Assembly (NCBI GenBank): GCA_012295275.1
Contig: CM022667.1
Coordinates: 9,114,001-9,178,000 of the forward strand
DNA: 64,000 bases
Source: Chrysomallon squamiferum
Lineage: Eukaryota > Animalia > Mollusca
Direction: 5' to 3'
The translations under genes and the position numbers were made by a program. Below are positions 1-17,318 of the stretch, one piece after another (the first letter of the stretch is position 1; every line of letters starts with the position of its first letter). The notes beneath the pieces were generated by a model, which was given only the letters and a program-made list of their open reading frames with translations, was not told the DNA's origin and ran no database searches.

Positions 1-976
1 TAAATCGGATATATATCCAAAAACAAAACAACATAAATTAAATCCATATTCCAAAATGATGAGCTTATTTGATTTATTTAGCTTCATCTGAAAGCCTGTC
101 TATCTAGAAATCTCCTGGTTAAGGGGCTTTGTAGTGTACAATATTTATATGTGGTTTATATCTGCTCTATTTATCAGCATTACTGTATATCTATCTGTCT
201 GTATATATATATATACACGTTCTGTAAGTACCTGCAGTTATATTTATGTATCTGTATGTATGTATGTCTGTGTTTGTTTGAGTGTGTGTGTGTGTGTGTG
301 TGTGTGGTCTGTGTGTGTGTGTGTGTGTGTGTGTTTGCACATTCTGTGTTTGAAATTTTCCTTTCATATCATGGTCCTGTTTTTGTCTGATCATATCATC
401 AGCTGTGGGTTTGTTTTTGTTTTTTCCTGTTTGTGTTTTTACTAATGTTATCCAACAGCTAGACTGCAAAATTCATCTTCTCCTTTGTCTTGGCTTTTAA
501 TTTTAACAATAAAGCTTGACTTCTGTTTCACCTCTCATTTTCAACATAATCATATAAACTGAGTATTATTCTAATCGAGTTATTTATATTTTATGGGTTC
601 CTTTTCTCTTTTTCTTTATCAAATTAATTGTTTTATTTTTTTATTTTCTATTATTCTCAGAGTTTTTTTGACTTTTTATTATTATTATTATTTTTGAAAA
701 GGTGAAGAAATAATATCTGTCTATCTGTCTGTCTATGTAATATATCCATATACACATACGTTACATGTATATCTTTAATAAAATGAAACAACAAAAAAAT
801 GCATAATATTTGTTTATTAATGTTCTATTTCTATATTTATTTATTTGTTTATTTTAAATAATACAAGCATGTAAGTAAGTTTTAATGTGTGTAATATCTT
901 TTGTTCTTTTCTTTCTTTGTGTCAACAAACTAGTGAGTTTTAGTTTTTTTTAGTTTTTTTTATTTAAACTCAGTGG

Positions 977-1115
977 TTACTTATTAATACCATTCAACCC
1001 TTCAGGGTCTTAGATCCTTGACAACAGCTCTCCAGAGTTGTCTACCTTGTCCTTTTATTTCAAGCTGCTTCCAAGTCATACATTTATTTTACCTGACTTG
1101 TACGAGACTGCACCT
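977..1115 (-). mobile_element. Decayed 3' fragment of an RTE-clade non-LTR retrotransposon, inside an intron of the ITPR-like gene
   Basis: The minus strand reads ...MTWKQLEIKGQGRQLWRAVVKDLRP*RVEWY* followed by TAATAAGTAA. This resembles the RTE ORF C-terminus (TW.ELE..AQDR..WR..V..LC) and its short TAAG-type tail. The match is from memory of the family, not from a search. Confidence 0.55.
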
Positions 1116-1713
1116 TGACAGTTTGCATTTGTTGCATTTTGTTTGCTTCCATTTGCTTTAATAATATTTTCTTAGTTCTAAAAAGATTGTTTTGTTATGT
1201 TTTTAATTTGTCCTTCCATCAAACTAAAGGAAAGATAACTTTAAATAAAATCTCAGAATGGATAACATTTGTGAAAACAATCACAAATATTTTAATTCAA
1301 AGAAATAATAAATGTAAAAATGAAATCAAAACACTGTTTATGAGTATTATATTGTTTAAGGTTATATCTGTTTGTAAATGATAATTTTAAATATCATAAT
1401 TTATTATTATTACAATTATTTTCATTTTTCAAATGTTAATAATGAATAGAACATCAAATAACTGAAACTGATGTGACAAAATAAAAAATAATTTTTTTTT
1501 TTTAATATTTAATACAAAACAGAATTTTTTTTTTTTTTTTTTTTTAATTTAAAAATTAATTAACTTCAATTAAGTCGATATTCTTTTTTTTTGTTGAATT
1601 TTTTTATCTGGTTACTATTACATATAAACAGGTAAATTTATTAAAATATTTATATTAGTAATGAACTATTAACTAGAAAAAGAAACACTAAAGTAAGTTG
1701 CTGTGTTACACAG

Positions 1714-4939
<3,226 letters not shown>

Positions 4940-5454
4940 GTTTTGTAAAATTATGTGAAGACGTCTGGGAATACAGTTCAGTCTTCTTCCAAACAAAGCT
5001 GTGAATTTTTAAATATGTATAAGATCATTTTTGAAAGCTTTGGAATAAAATTCAATGTCAAACAACAAAGCAGTGAATGTTTGGAATATGTAAGGTGATT
5101 ATGGAAGGTTTGGAATAAAAATTCAATCTCTACCAAACAACTAAGCTGTGTGTCATCATCATCTTGGAAACTGATGATAAAATGTGTGTCTTTTATGAAG
5201 CCATTTCAGCTTCAAATCTTTAAAATATGTGGGTTTCACCTTGTATGTTGTTAAAACAAAATTCAGTCTACCAATACATTCTGTAAGTCAGTTTTTATAC
5301 TGTTTGGAAGATTTGTCACTGGTACGATTTCTACCAAAACTGCTGTTCCATGAAGTAAACAGTTTTTAAAGTGATGTTATTGACTTGGAAATGATGCACA
5401 AAAATACTATGAGAAAGACTAGCCATTTTTGCAAAAGAAATAATTATGTCAAGG

Positions 5455-5930
5455 CTTGGACCAATGGCAGGATGAAGCAGTTAAAGAGAAAAATTCTTGT
5501 AAGAAAACAACTATGCAACTACTTCATGGATGGAATATTTGTTTGTTACGAAACTTGAAAAATTCTCATCAAGGTTTTGTTGGTTTTTGGTTGTTATAAA
5601 AAAGAAAATGTTGTTAATAAATTTATGCAGAAGATAAACAGTTCAGTGGTCTCTCAATTTATCTGACCAATGGAGTGGTGTCTTTGTGTTTATAATTAAC
5701 CAATCAAATTACATGACGTAAACAAATCTATTATTTGTTAAGAATATTGTGACTAAATTTGTTTGTTTAATTTGTTGCTCAGCAACATACAATTAAAAAA
5801 AAATTGTGTTGTCATAGCAACAAAGATAAACCAATCATATATAATTTGTGATTTTTTATTAGTGCCTCAAGACAATAATTTTGATTATTTTCATTTTCAT
5901 TGTAAGAACAGTGTTGATACAGCAACATAA
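5455..5930. promoter_or_regulatory. Cluster of RFX X-box-like palindromes, CCAAT boxes, and CRE-like/Fox sites
   Basis: GTTGCTCAGCAAC 5774-5786, GTTGTCATAGCAAC 5808-5821, GTTGATACAGCAAC 5913-5926; CCAAT at 5461, 5667, 5700 and 5831; TGACGTAA overlapping GTAAACAAA at 5714-5726. Confidence 0.45.
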
Positions 5931-8004
5931 ATAAGCATTCAACTTCATATTAACACAAACTTGTGTAAATATATTTTTATCTAATTAAACTGTTTTTCAT
6001 GTTCTTCATTTATTGATTGTTAAAACCCATTGTGATTTTGTTTTATAACTTTGTAAATAATTTATTGTTCTGTTTTTTTTAGTTCAGTAGTTGATATATG
6101 TAATATAGTGTTATTATATAAACAGTTGTATTGTTTAATACATTTATATATGATTCAGATTCAAATACTTGGATCCCATAAAAGAATGCTATATGATAGT
6201 AATATTTTCTTGACTTGAATATAATCAACTGCATTTAAGAAATAACAGCAGAATTTATATTTAAAAAAATTAACTTGGATTAATATATTAACTGGAAATA
6301 TGCAGGTGAAATTTTGTCATGGAAATAAATTCTGTTCACATCAAACAAAATTATCATACCTGTGTTTTAGACATGTTTAGATAGTAATTTTGTTTCAGTA
6401 AATAAACAAAAAAAATTTGGTGCTTTAATAATTAACAACTGAGTATTATTCTAGAATGAAAATTATTACTCTGCACTAATTCTGTTTAAATATAATTAAT
6501 TATTTGAGTTTTTTAGCTAATGCGAACCAAGACTGAATACACTGGCCTCATTATGTAAATTTAATAATTAAATGTATACCAAGCAAATCACAACATTAAT
6601 CTGTAGGATGTTTTTTTATTATTATTTTTTTTTTTTTTAAGTTTATAGTGGTATAGAGACCATCAACCTTGAATATCAGGTTCAGAAGAAATATTTTCCT
6701 AATCAAATTATTCTTCATCCAGTAGACATGAGAAGGAAATCTCTAAAATAATTATTACTATTTGTAAAAGGATAATGTTTTGTGATGCTGGATTTTTAGA
6801 ATAGATTTTTGTTATGTGTCTTCTGTAAATAACATTTAAACATTGCCATTCACGTTTATTCTGAAAGAAGATTTATAATTACTGAACAATAAACATGTGA
6901 TTAAAAGGTGAATTAAATTATAGTTTGATGACAATTCTTTGTCAGTAATATAAATTAATAATTTTTAGATTACATTATATTATTCTGTTTTCACACACAA
7001 ACATGCACATACATACGTACACTGAACACACGTGCATGCACATGAATACAAGAAACATACATACATGAACAGCACACACACTTTCTATTTCTTTTTGCAT
7101 TTTCTATTTCATTCCTTTTAATTGTGTCGCTTTCTCTGTAGCTGATAGTATTTTAATAGAATTCTAAGGAAATATATATCTAATGGAAGGAAGAAATATT
7201 TTATATCTGTTGTAATACATATTTTATGATTTAGATCGTAACTGTAGTTTGTTTCATGAAGAATAAATTATAATATTTTTGTTACAATTTGATAAATTTA
7301 AAAAATAATCATTGCAAATTTACAAGTAATTGTCAGCAGAAATTAAAATAATACAGCATTAAAAAAGATCTACTATCTATCTGTCTGTCTTTGAGATGAT
7401 TTCTGCCTATCTGTCTAGATAATTAAGATATTGTCTTTTAACAATCATAATAATCTGACACATCATTATTAAGTCTGTTATTTCATATTAATAATTTTAA
7501 AAATGTTATCTCAAAATTTCTCCAATCCACCAGAAATACAAAAGCAAAAAAAAACCATCATTTATTTCATTATACCCTGACTTTTACAAAACAATGATTC
7601 TTGTATCATTAAAAATTGTTCATCACATTCAACAAGCCTACAATAGTATTTTCTCACTGTACTGGCTTTTAACAGATAGTAATTAATATTCATTTACTGT
7701 ATGCAAATTTCTAATTATATATATAAAAAAATCTATTATATTTACTGTGCCTTTTTCAAATAAATATATAACAATAATTATATAAACATGTAAATATTAT
7801 GGCACCGCATGCTAACAATATCTTCACTTAATGAATATGTATTTGCATGTCTATGAATATTAATTAGAAGACTTGATTATGAATATTAATGTATTATTAC
7901 TATTTGATCTGTGCTTGGATGTAAACCTTGAATATTCACTACCAGTGTTCCACAGTTCATTTCATCCATTACTAATAAAATGTTTTCCAGAAACATTTTG
8001 TGTT

Positions 8005-8039
<35 letters not shown>

Positions 8040-10728
8040 ATAAGCTCTGTTTCAGTATACTGTTGTAGAGGTGTAAAAAAATAACACAAACACCAGTTTT
8101 TTTTTCTTCAAAAATTCTTTCTTGTAATTTACAAAACACATGAACATAAGGTACAGCGTAACAAGGCATGTAAAAACAGTGCATAGAAATGTAAGGTTGA
8201 AAAACAAAATCTTCATTTATTCAAACAGGTTAATATTAATATAATCAATGCCATTTGATCATGTTTGCACCATCACCACAGTTTCCAGTATTTCCTGTTC
8301 AATTAAAACTGAAAAATGTTACACGTTAATTAAATACAGGTAAAATATTCCTTGTACAAAATCCCCTTTGATACAATATTAATTAACTACAAGGAATTTG
8401 TAATTTTATTACATTCAATAAGACAAATTGAAAATATCTGCATATACAAGTGATGGTTTATACATAATAACTGTAATTTAGTGTTAAAATTGGTAAATTT
8501 CTTCAACTTAGTAATTTTTGGGATGTAACATTTTTTTTTTTTTTTTTTGAAAGAAATAATGATGTTCATACTGAACCAGAAAGGGAAAACTGCCACATAT
8601 AGGAATTATTTGTTATTTATTGTAATTCTTTATTATCAGCAAAAGTTTTTTCGCCATTTACGAAACAATTACACAAGTATATATAAAATAGATCATTTTT
8701 TAACTGATATATTCTATCATTAGCAAATTTGTTCACCATTAACAAAAGTATGATATATATATATATATAAACTGCATCATTAATTATTCATTCATTATTA
8801 TGAGTAATGCCTAAATATTCACACTGTATGTATAAAAAAGTATCATTTGTTGTTATATTTTATTATTAGGAAAGATTGTTCACCATAAACAAAACAAACT
8901 TTGTTAACAAAAACTTTACCATTAACAAACAACTCGTTTTGAAGTATGTAAAATGTACATTAGATCCATACTGATTAATAATAATATAATAAAAGAAACA
9001 CACACACACAAATATACAAAACTCATTTACACTGTTCACACACTTCATTATCAAATAATAAATGCATAGAAAAGGTTGAACAACATTTACTGAACTTTGA
9101 CAAAGTGTATGAATTGTATCAAAATGTACACACACATATATATAATATTCAAAAATTAATAATAATAAAAAAAAAATTGACATAATTATTGTTTCCTAAA
9201 AATCAAAGTTAGAAAAAAATAACTGATAAATAAAACATAATAATTTACATTTTAATGAACAAAATGCCCTCCCAAAATGGTAAAATAATTATATACATAA
9301 TTAAGTGTGTAAAGAGTTACCATGGATACAAAAATGAATTTAACAAGCACATTATAACAATAAATGAAAGATTCTCTACCAAGATGTCAAGACATAAAAT
9401 AAAAATAAATTGATAAATAAATAAATAAATAAATAAATAAGGCAGTTAGTCAGTAAATAAATAGAATTGGTTTATGCGTTTCCAAATAATTAAAACTACT
9501 AAGAATAAATTTGAGACGTAAATAAATAGTACAGTATTTGATGAGCAAACAGAGTAAACAAAAGGATGGTTTATAGGTATTTGTCATTAAGTGTAAATAA
9601 AGTGACTCTAAGGTCAACGAACTAAGGTAAATATGACTCATAAACACAAAGGAAAAAACAATTTGCATCTTGTGAAATACCTTGAAAATATATTGTATGT
9701 ATTGAGTGAAATTGTGTTTGTGTGTGAGTGTATGTGAGAGAGAGAGATTGTTTTTCTTATACGTTTTATTTTTTTTCAGAATAACATTGAGAAAAAAAGC
9801 CCCCAAAAACCCAAACTTTTTAGTGGTATGTTGTTAGTGAGTTTTTTTTAGTGTTTTTATTTTTTCTACTTAACAAAATCATATATGGTATATATTGTTG
9901 ATAAAAACAAAGTTGTTTTTCAAGCAGTACTTTTTTTATTTTCTATTACGAATAACAATGATTTAGTTATTACTATTATTGTTAATCTGTCTTTTTCAGA
10001 AGAAAAAAAAAAAAATAATAATAATAATAATAAAAAATAATAATAATAATAATAATAAAAATAATAATAATAAAAATAATAATAATAAAAAAAAAAAAAA
10101 AATAATAATAAAAAAAAAAAAAATAATAATAATAATAAAAAAAAAAAAAAAAATAATAATAATAATAATAATAATATTAATAATAATAATAATAAAGTAA
10201 AAAAATAAGACTTACAATAACATCCACTAACTCTGTAAGACTGGTAAATAATGGGACAGTGACAAAAATACACGTAAAATCTGAAACAAACATTTCTTTT
10301 TCTTTTTTTTTTTCTTTTTTTTGAATTATGTAAAAACCAGTAGAGTAAGGTTACTTTAACCCAGACAATAGTCAGATGTATGTAACATGAGCATTGAGCT
10401 TTGACTTCATTGTGTTCAGCCATTTTAACCCAGTCAGCAACACTGTGAATAGTCTCTCCCAAATATCTGTTGTATCAAAAATAATTTTAACAAAATTTCT
10501 TTACTGTCCAGTACGAATTTGTTCATGTTCTTTCATAATTAAATTATGCTGGATTTGTTTAGTATCATACATACGTATTTTATATATTTTTTAATTTAGT
10601 CTTAATCTTGGTTATGGCAGATTTAGTTTTATCAGTTTTTGGTAGTATTTTAAATAAATTTGGTGATAATGTGCAAAAATGTATTTGTTACAAATTTGGA
10701 ATTAGAAGAAGTAATCATACTATTAAAA

Positions 10729-10730
10729 TG

Positions 10731-10802
<72 letters not shown>
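10729..10802. repeat. (AAT)n microsatellite
   Basis: Directly visible. Similar tracts occur near 10015-10195, 13610-13700 (with (AAG)n), 14120-14170, 34600-34725 and 58496-58560. Confidence 0.95.
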
Positions 10803-10808
<6 letters not shown>

Positions 10809-11332
10809 AAAATAAATAAAAAAGCTTGTTATATTCTAATTTGTACTTAAAATTATTAGAAGAGTCACTATAAATAGTATATTTTTAAAATAATAAAAAA
10901 TTCAGATATTTTATAAAACCAGATGTCATATAAAGCTGTATTATATTTAATAAGTAACACAGCATTTAGCACAATCTCTGAAAACTTTATATTCTTTAAT
11001 AAAAAAAAAAAAAAAAAACACCCCCCAACACCCACAAAAACAACCCCAACAACATTTGAATGACCACATTTGCAAAAAAAAATCGACATGATAAAAATAA
11101 ATTATATTTTTAAAATATTAGTTTTTAGAAAAAGAGCAATTCAAAAGTGTACTATCTGAAAAGTGAGTGAACCCTGGAAAGTATGAATTTTATCAAACTT
11201 CACATCTCTGTACAGACTGCAATACTCTTCATCTGTATTAGTCTGTGAACCAACAGAAAACTGAAACACAGACCCTTAACACCACAAACTGAATACAAAC
11301 TCAGTGACACTGCTGTCAGATGTGTGTCTGTC

Positions 11333-11374
<42 letters not shown>

Positions 11375-11932
11375 TGTCTGTGTTTGTGTTATTGTTATGA
11401 CTGTATTTCTGTATCTATTAAAACAATAATAATAAAAATAAATAAATAAACAAATAATTTTTATTTAACACAAAGTTTTGGATATCATTCTTTCCTGCTT
11501 TCATCTTCTTTCTTTCTTCCTTCCTTTCTGTTGTTCTCCTGTTTCATATTTTTTGTAAATTTTTCTATTTTTAAACACACACACACACACAATCACACAG
11601 TCCAATTATCATTATTTTCTTTATGAATCATTCAACTTTAAAATGTCAGTTGATAATTTAAAAATATATTTTAAAGGTTGTAAAAGAAAAACAATAAACA
11701 AGAATGTAGACTTACAGCTAATTATTTTTACAGAGTACCACATTATATAAACATTTCTTCAGTGGTTTCATTAAAGTAAATTGGAATAATAATAATAATA
11801 ATAATATATAACATTGCGATTTATATGTATAATCTGATAATAAAAAATAAAATAAAATAAATAAACAACAATTAATGTAATAAAATTAAATTAAATTTTA
11901 ACATCTTAAATACTTATAATTTACAATCAAAA

Positions 11933-11967
<35 letters not shown>

Positions 11968-13604
11968 AAAAGAAATTAAAGATTTGTATGAATATAATGT
12001 ATACCCACTTAATTACTAATGCTAATAAGAGTAAATTAATTAAAAAAACCAGCACCATATATATTTACAAATTTTGTAAGTTTATAAAACTGATCAAATA
12101 TATTTCTGTGTATTAAACTGAATGCTCATTCATTCATCCATACATCAACATTCTGCAACTATCTTGTCCATCTCCTGTCTTTACGTATAAAAATATTAGT
12201 TGTAAAATAAACTGTGTCCAGTCTCCCTGCCAGTATATTATTAAAGCTAGCAATTAACAAGTTTGTTTATGTAATAAATGTAGTAGCTATTTGGCTAAAG
12301 GTAGATTTATCTATTCATCCATTCATCCATCCATCCATCCATCTATCCAATCTCTTTAATCAAACTATCTTTTCATCTTCCATAACAAAAATCACCCCCA
12401 AGTACATCCACTTTTTCTAACAATGTAGTGATATCTTTATAAATGGGTTCTTAATCAACATAATTATAATCCTTGTATCCATTTTTTTTTTTTTTTCCAG
12501 TGAACAAAATTTCATTAATCTATTTATGTACAACAACTCATGATAGTTAATGAAATAAAGCCTGGAGATCAGATTTAACTAATTAAAATCATAAAATATT
12601 TTAACATCTGTTAAATTCTCTGATCACTTGTTCATCCATCTTTCATGAATGTATGTATGTATGTGTGTATGTGTGTATGTGTGTATGTATATACGTATGT
12701 ATGTATGTATATATGTATATTTGTCTTGTCTTTTTTGGCCTATCATTGGTTTATCTATCCATCCATCTTAAATTACAAACAAAAAAAAAAAAAAAAAAAA
12801 AATTCCTCCATCTTTTATGTACATTAATGTATCCAATTATAAACATTATGCAAATTAAGTCATTAATTCGTTTATACAAACAACACACCACACCTTTCTC
12901 TCATCTACCCCATCCCTCAGGCATCAGTGAAAGTTCACTTGATTAAGTAATGTCACGAATGTGTGATTTTTTATTAATATCAAGTCAGGCACGAAAAGAA
13001 AATGTTTCCTGTCTAAAGAACTGAACATGCAGAATAATAGTCACAGGGTTAAGAGTCTATTTAAATCTGTAGGTTCTGTTTGTGTATATATGTATGTATG
13101 TATCTATATATGGATGTATGGGTATATGTATATGTATGCATGTTTGTGTGTGATGTTGTATGTATATATATATACATAAAATGTATGTATGTGTATGTGT
13201 ATATATGTGTGTGTGTGTGTGTGTTGTGTTTGAAAGAAAAACAAAGATGTAAGAGAGAAAATGCACTGAAAATGTACAGAAATAATTAAAAAGATAAAAA
13301 AACTTTTGTGACGTAACCCATGTTTTGACTTGACATAATTTTTGAATTTGAAAGAAAAGATCGAGTTACTGCTAATTAAAACAGTTCAGTAGTGTTTCCT
13401 GAACACAAAACAACGAGAATAGTTTCTTTAGGTCATGGTTTATCAAAGGGATTTGACAGAGGAAATACTCTTAAAAAATAAAAATAAAAAAATAATTTAA
13501 TTGTAGAAAATAAAGTGATTTTACGATACTGATGATGATGAAAGAAAAAAACATACAAAAATCATATAATATTCAAAACATAATTTAATCTTGTTTAATA
13601 ACAT

Positions 13605-13641
<37 letters not shown>

Positions 13642-14119
13642 GAAGAAAGAAGAAGAAGAAGAAGAAGAAGAAGAAGAAGAAGAAGAAGAAGAAGAAGAAG
13701 AAAAGATATATATCTAAAAACTAAAATTCACAGCTAAACTTATCTATTCATTCATCCATCATAAGCCCAAAGATATATCTTACTGTCCATTCATCCATCC
13801 ATTAATATGCTATTTATATCCCTCTTCCTATGTATCTACATGTCTACCTTCATCTAGATGCACTGTTTAATAATAATAATTTAATACTAAAATCTTTATA
13901 CAAATAATAATTGCACTATGTAAAACATTTTTCTTTTGTCTAATATTAATTTATAACATTAATTACACACAGTTCTATTTTACATAAAGTTTTAAAAATT
14001 ATAAAAATCTCTTTTATATATTAAATGTACACATTTGATTAATTTATGATTCTAAATTGATAAATAATTAATAAAGATACAATGATGATGATAATTATAA
14101 ATAATAATTATAAATAATA

Positions 14120-14174
<55 letters not shown>

Positions 14175-16756
14175 GTAAAGTAATAAAATAATAATAACAA
14201 TAACAATAATAATATTAGTAGTATTAATAATAATAAATAATCATAATGACCATAGAAGATGATTAATGTAAATGTCAAATGATCAAAATGAGCTTAAAAA
14301 ATGTTTTTCAGCACAATATACATTTATATATTAACACCTTACCTATATTAACACATGACATTCTTTTGCCTACTGCAAATTAAATATCTGTACATTATGT
14401 TTCTCAGTACATTCATATAAATAAAATAATTTTATCGGTTATGTTGTTCTTATAATCAGATCTAAGTTATGATAAATAATTAAAAAAATAATAATAATGC
14501 ATATAGCAATAATAATATGACGATAAATAAAGATAATAATAATAATTTTGTTATTATTATTATCGTTATTATTGTTATTTGATTTTGCTATTGTTATTAT
14601 CACCATCTTCTTTGTGTGTTGCTTTTGTATGGCAGGACTGATTTCAACAATGTAATTTTTAATAACAGATAAAACCCAGCAACAATTTACATTTGACCTT
14701 CCACATCGAACTGGAGACAAAAATCACAACAACAACCTTTAAGGCCAGACATAAAATAAGAAAAGAAAAAAAGAAAATCGCACAGCATATTGTTTTGGGT
14801 TTTTGAGACTTTTGACAGAAAAAGGTTATGTAAGTATCTTTTCTAATAATAAAAAAAAAAAAAAAACCCCCAAGATCACTCAATTATATCGTTTAAATAA
14901 TTTTCTAAAGATGTTGGTCATGATTATTGGTTTTCAACTAAGATATAATTTGCTATACAGATTGGAGTGGTTTCAATATAAAGTTTGCAATATAAGAAAT
15001 AGGAACATTTGCATAACTGTGACTTGTTACATGATTTGATGTGATGGGTCACTAACAGTTAATAATGAAACAAATCACACATCTGGTCCATTTAAATGTA
15101 AATTCAAATTATGAGCACTTTGGTACATTTGTAATGAAATCACATTCATTTAATATTTAAAATGAAGAAAAAACAACATAAAGATTATGCTTTTCGGTTC
15201 AACAGATTTGAGAAAAATTTAACAATCAGAAATAAATATTTTTGAAACAATATACAAATATTGTACTGATAATAATAATAATAAAAATAATAATAATAAT
15301 AACAACAATAATTATATTTTTAATAGATTGTCTTCAGCAGTTGGTAATAAATTTGAATTTAAAAATAAAAAAACAAGATTTTCAAAAATTAAAATTTTCC
15401 TTTTAAAAACAAAACACAACAGTGAATAAGTTATTATTATGCAACATTAAATATTTATTTTATAATTTTATTTTTTCAAACTTGAATAAAGCTCATTTTA
15501 AATTTCACAACAAAGAGAATATTAGTAGCTGGGCCCCATATGTACACAAACAGCACCATGAACAACAATCATTTTATTTGAAAAAAAAAAAAAAAAATAA
15601 CAAAAATATTAAAAAATACAATTTATGGTGTGAATATACAGCATTAATTCATCATTAATTCAATCATATGTCTGTCTGTCTGTTTGTTTATCAATCCATC
15701 TACATCTGTTTATGGATGAAACAAAAAAAATGAATGTAAAAATTTTGAAGTTTACATTTTAACATGATTAGTTTGCATCTGTTTCTAAGATTCAAAAGAA
15801 AAGAAAAGAAAAGAAAATGGCACTTGTATGAATTATTTACATTTATACTTCATCATTGGGAAAGAATATATTGTTTCAAAACAGTCTCGTTATCATAGTA
15901 ATAAGCCACATGAAAAATACAAAATTAAATTAAGCTACCTGTCATAACCATTTGTACACTTTCATAAGAAACAGACAAAAACAAACAAAAAAAAAAGTTA
16001 ATAAATAAATAAATAAATAATTTAATAATAATAAAAATAATAATAACAACAACAATAATAATAATGATGATGATTATGATAATAATAATAATTTTAAAAA
16101 AAGTAAAAAAAAAAAAATAAATAAGAAAAAATAATAAATAAATAACAAAAAAGATATAAAATTCAAATTTTAAAAAATATTTAAAAGTGAAAAAAACATT
16201 AATAAACAAATTCTTGAAAATATATAAAAGTTGATTCAGTTGCTTGTTATGATCACCACAAATACTCATAAATCTTTTCTCACAAATAACAACAAAATCA
16301 CATTACAAAAATTCTTATGTGGTAGGTTCGAAGGAGTGAACAGAGAATATCATTCTTAAAATCTGGACGTAAAGCACTCATTTAATATTAAATCCTGAAT
16401 ACATAATTAATGAGAAAAATTCAGTCACGTTGGATTGAAAATGTTGACTGAACAGAACTGAAAAAATAGTACTGAAGTTTTCTTCTTTATGATAATAAAG
16501 GAATCCAGATCATGGAGAATATTTAAAACATGGCTTCAAAACAATTATATACTGACTGACAATAATAAAAAAATTAACCTGAATTAAAACTGTGAATATA
16601 ATGTATTCCTGGATCCAAATAACTTCTATCTTTGATCCAATGTTGTGAGATAAATTCAAAAAAAAAGGATCCAAAACCAGAGACAATGAAAATAATTCAG
16701 TTTAGATGCACATTGTAGATTATACAAAAAAAACATTTCCAAAACAGATCTCCATA

Positions 16757-16920
16757 ATGTAAACTATGAAAATATTTCATTCCAAAAAGTAAACTATGAA
16801 AATAGTTCATTCCAAAGTGTTAACTATGAAAATATTTCATTCCAAAGTAAACTATGAAAATATTTCATTCCAAAGGGTTAACTATAAAAAATATTTCATT
16901 CCAAAGTGGAAACTATGAAT
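16757..16920. repeat. ~31-bp minisatellite, about 5 copies
   Basis: Unit gtaaactatgaaaatatttcattccaaa. Confidence 0.85.
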
Positions 16921-16924
16921 ATAT

Positions 16925-17092
16925 TTTAATCCTGGATCAAAACCATGATCTGTTAGAATAATTAATTTTTGCATACTAACCACAGACTGTAAAAAATAAT
17001 TTAATCCTGGATCAAAAGCACAGGCTATGAAAAAAATAATTCAATCCTGGATCAAAAGCACAGACTACGAATAAATTCCAATCCTGGATCAA

Positions 17093-17123
<31 letters not shown>

Positions 17124-17190
17124 ACCAACTAATGAAAATAATCCCATCCTTGATCCAAACGATAAACTCTGAGAAATAATTCAATCACGT
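16925..17190. repeat. ~39-bp degenerate minisatellite
   Basis: Unit aatcctggatcaaaagcacagactatgaaaaataattc. Confidence 0.75.
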
Positions 17191-17318
17191 ATCGAATGCT
17201 ACAATTTTTTTTTTTCCCATTCAGAATCGGGAATGATAATCTTTAGCAACAACACACTGAACTGTGATTCCAATCTCACACGACCTCGTTTTTCTTTATT
17301 CCATTTTTTTATCCAGCA

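Noticed and set aside
134-469. ORFs of the CVCVCV / HTHTHT / ERERER / IIIII / LSLSLS type here and throughout the track
   Set aside because: They are translations of (TG)n, (AG)n and (AAT)n microsatellites with no splice or homology support.
9920-10462. 180-aa hydrophobic ORF resembling a membrane protein
   Set aside because: The poly-L/F/Y stretches come from AAT and A-run low complexity.
16318-16340. GGTTCGA B-box-like motif suggesting a tRNA or SINE
   Set aside because: There is no A box and no cloverleaf.
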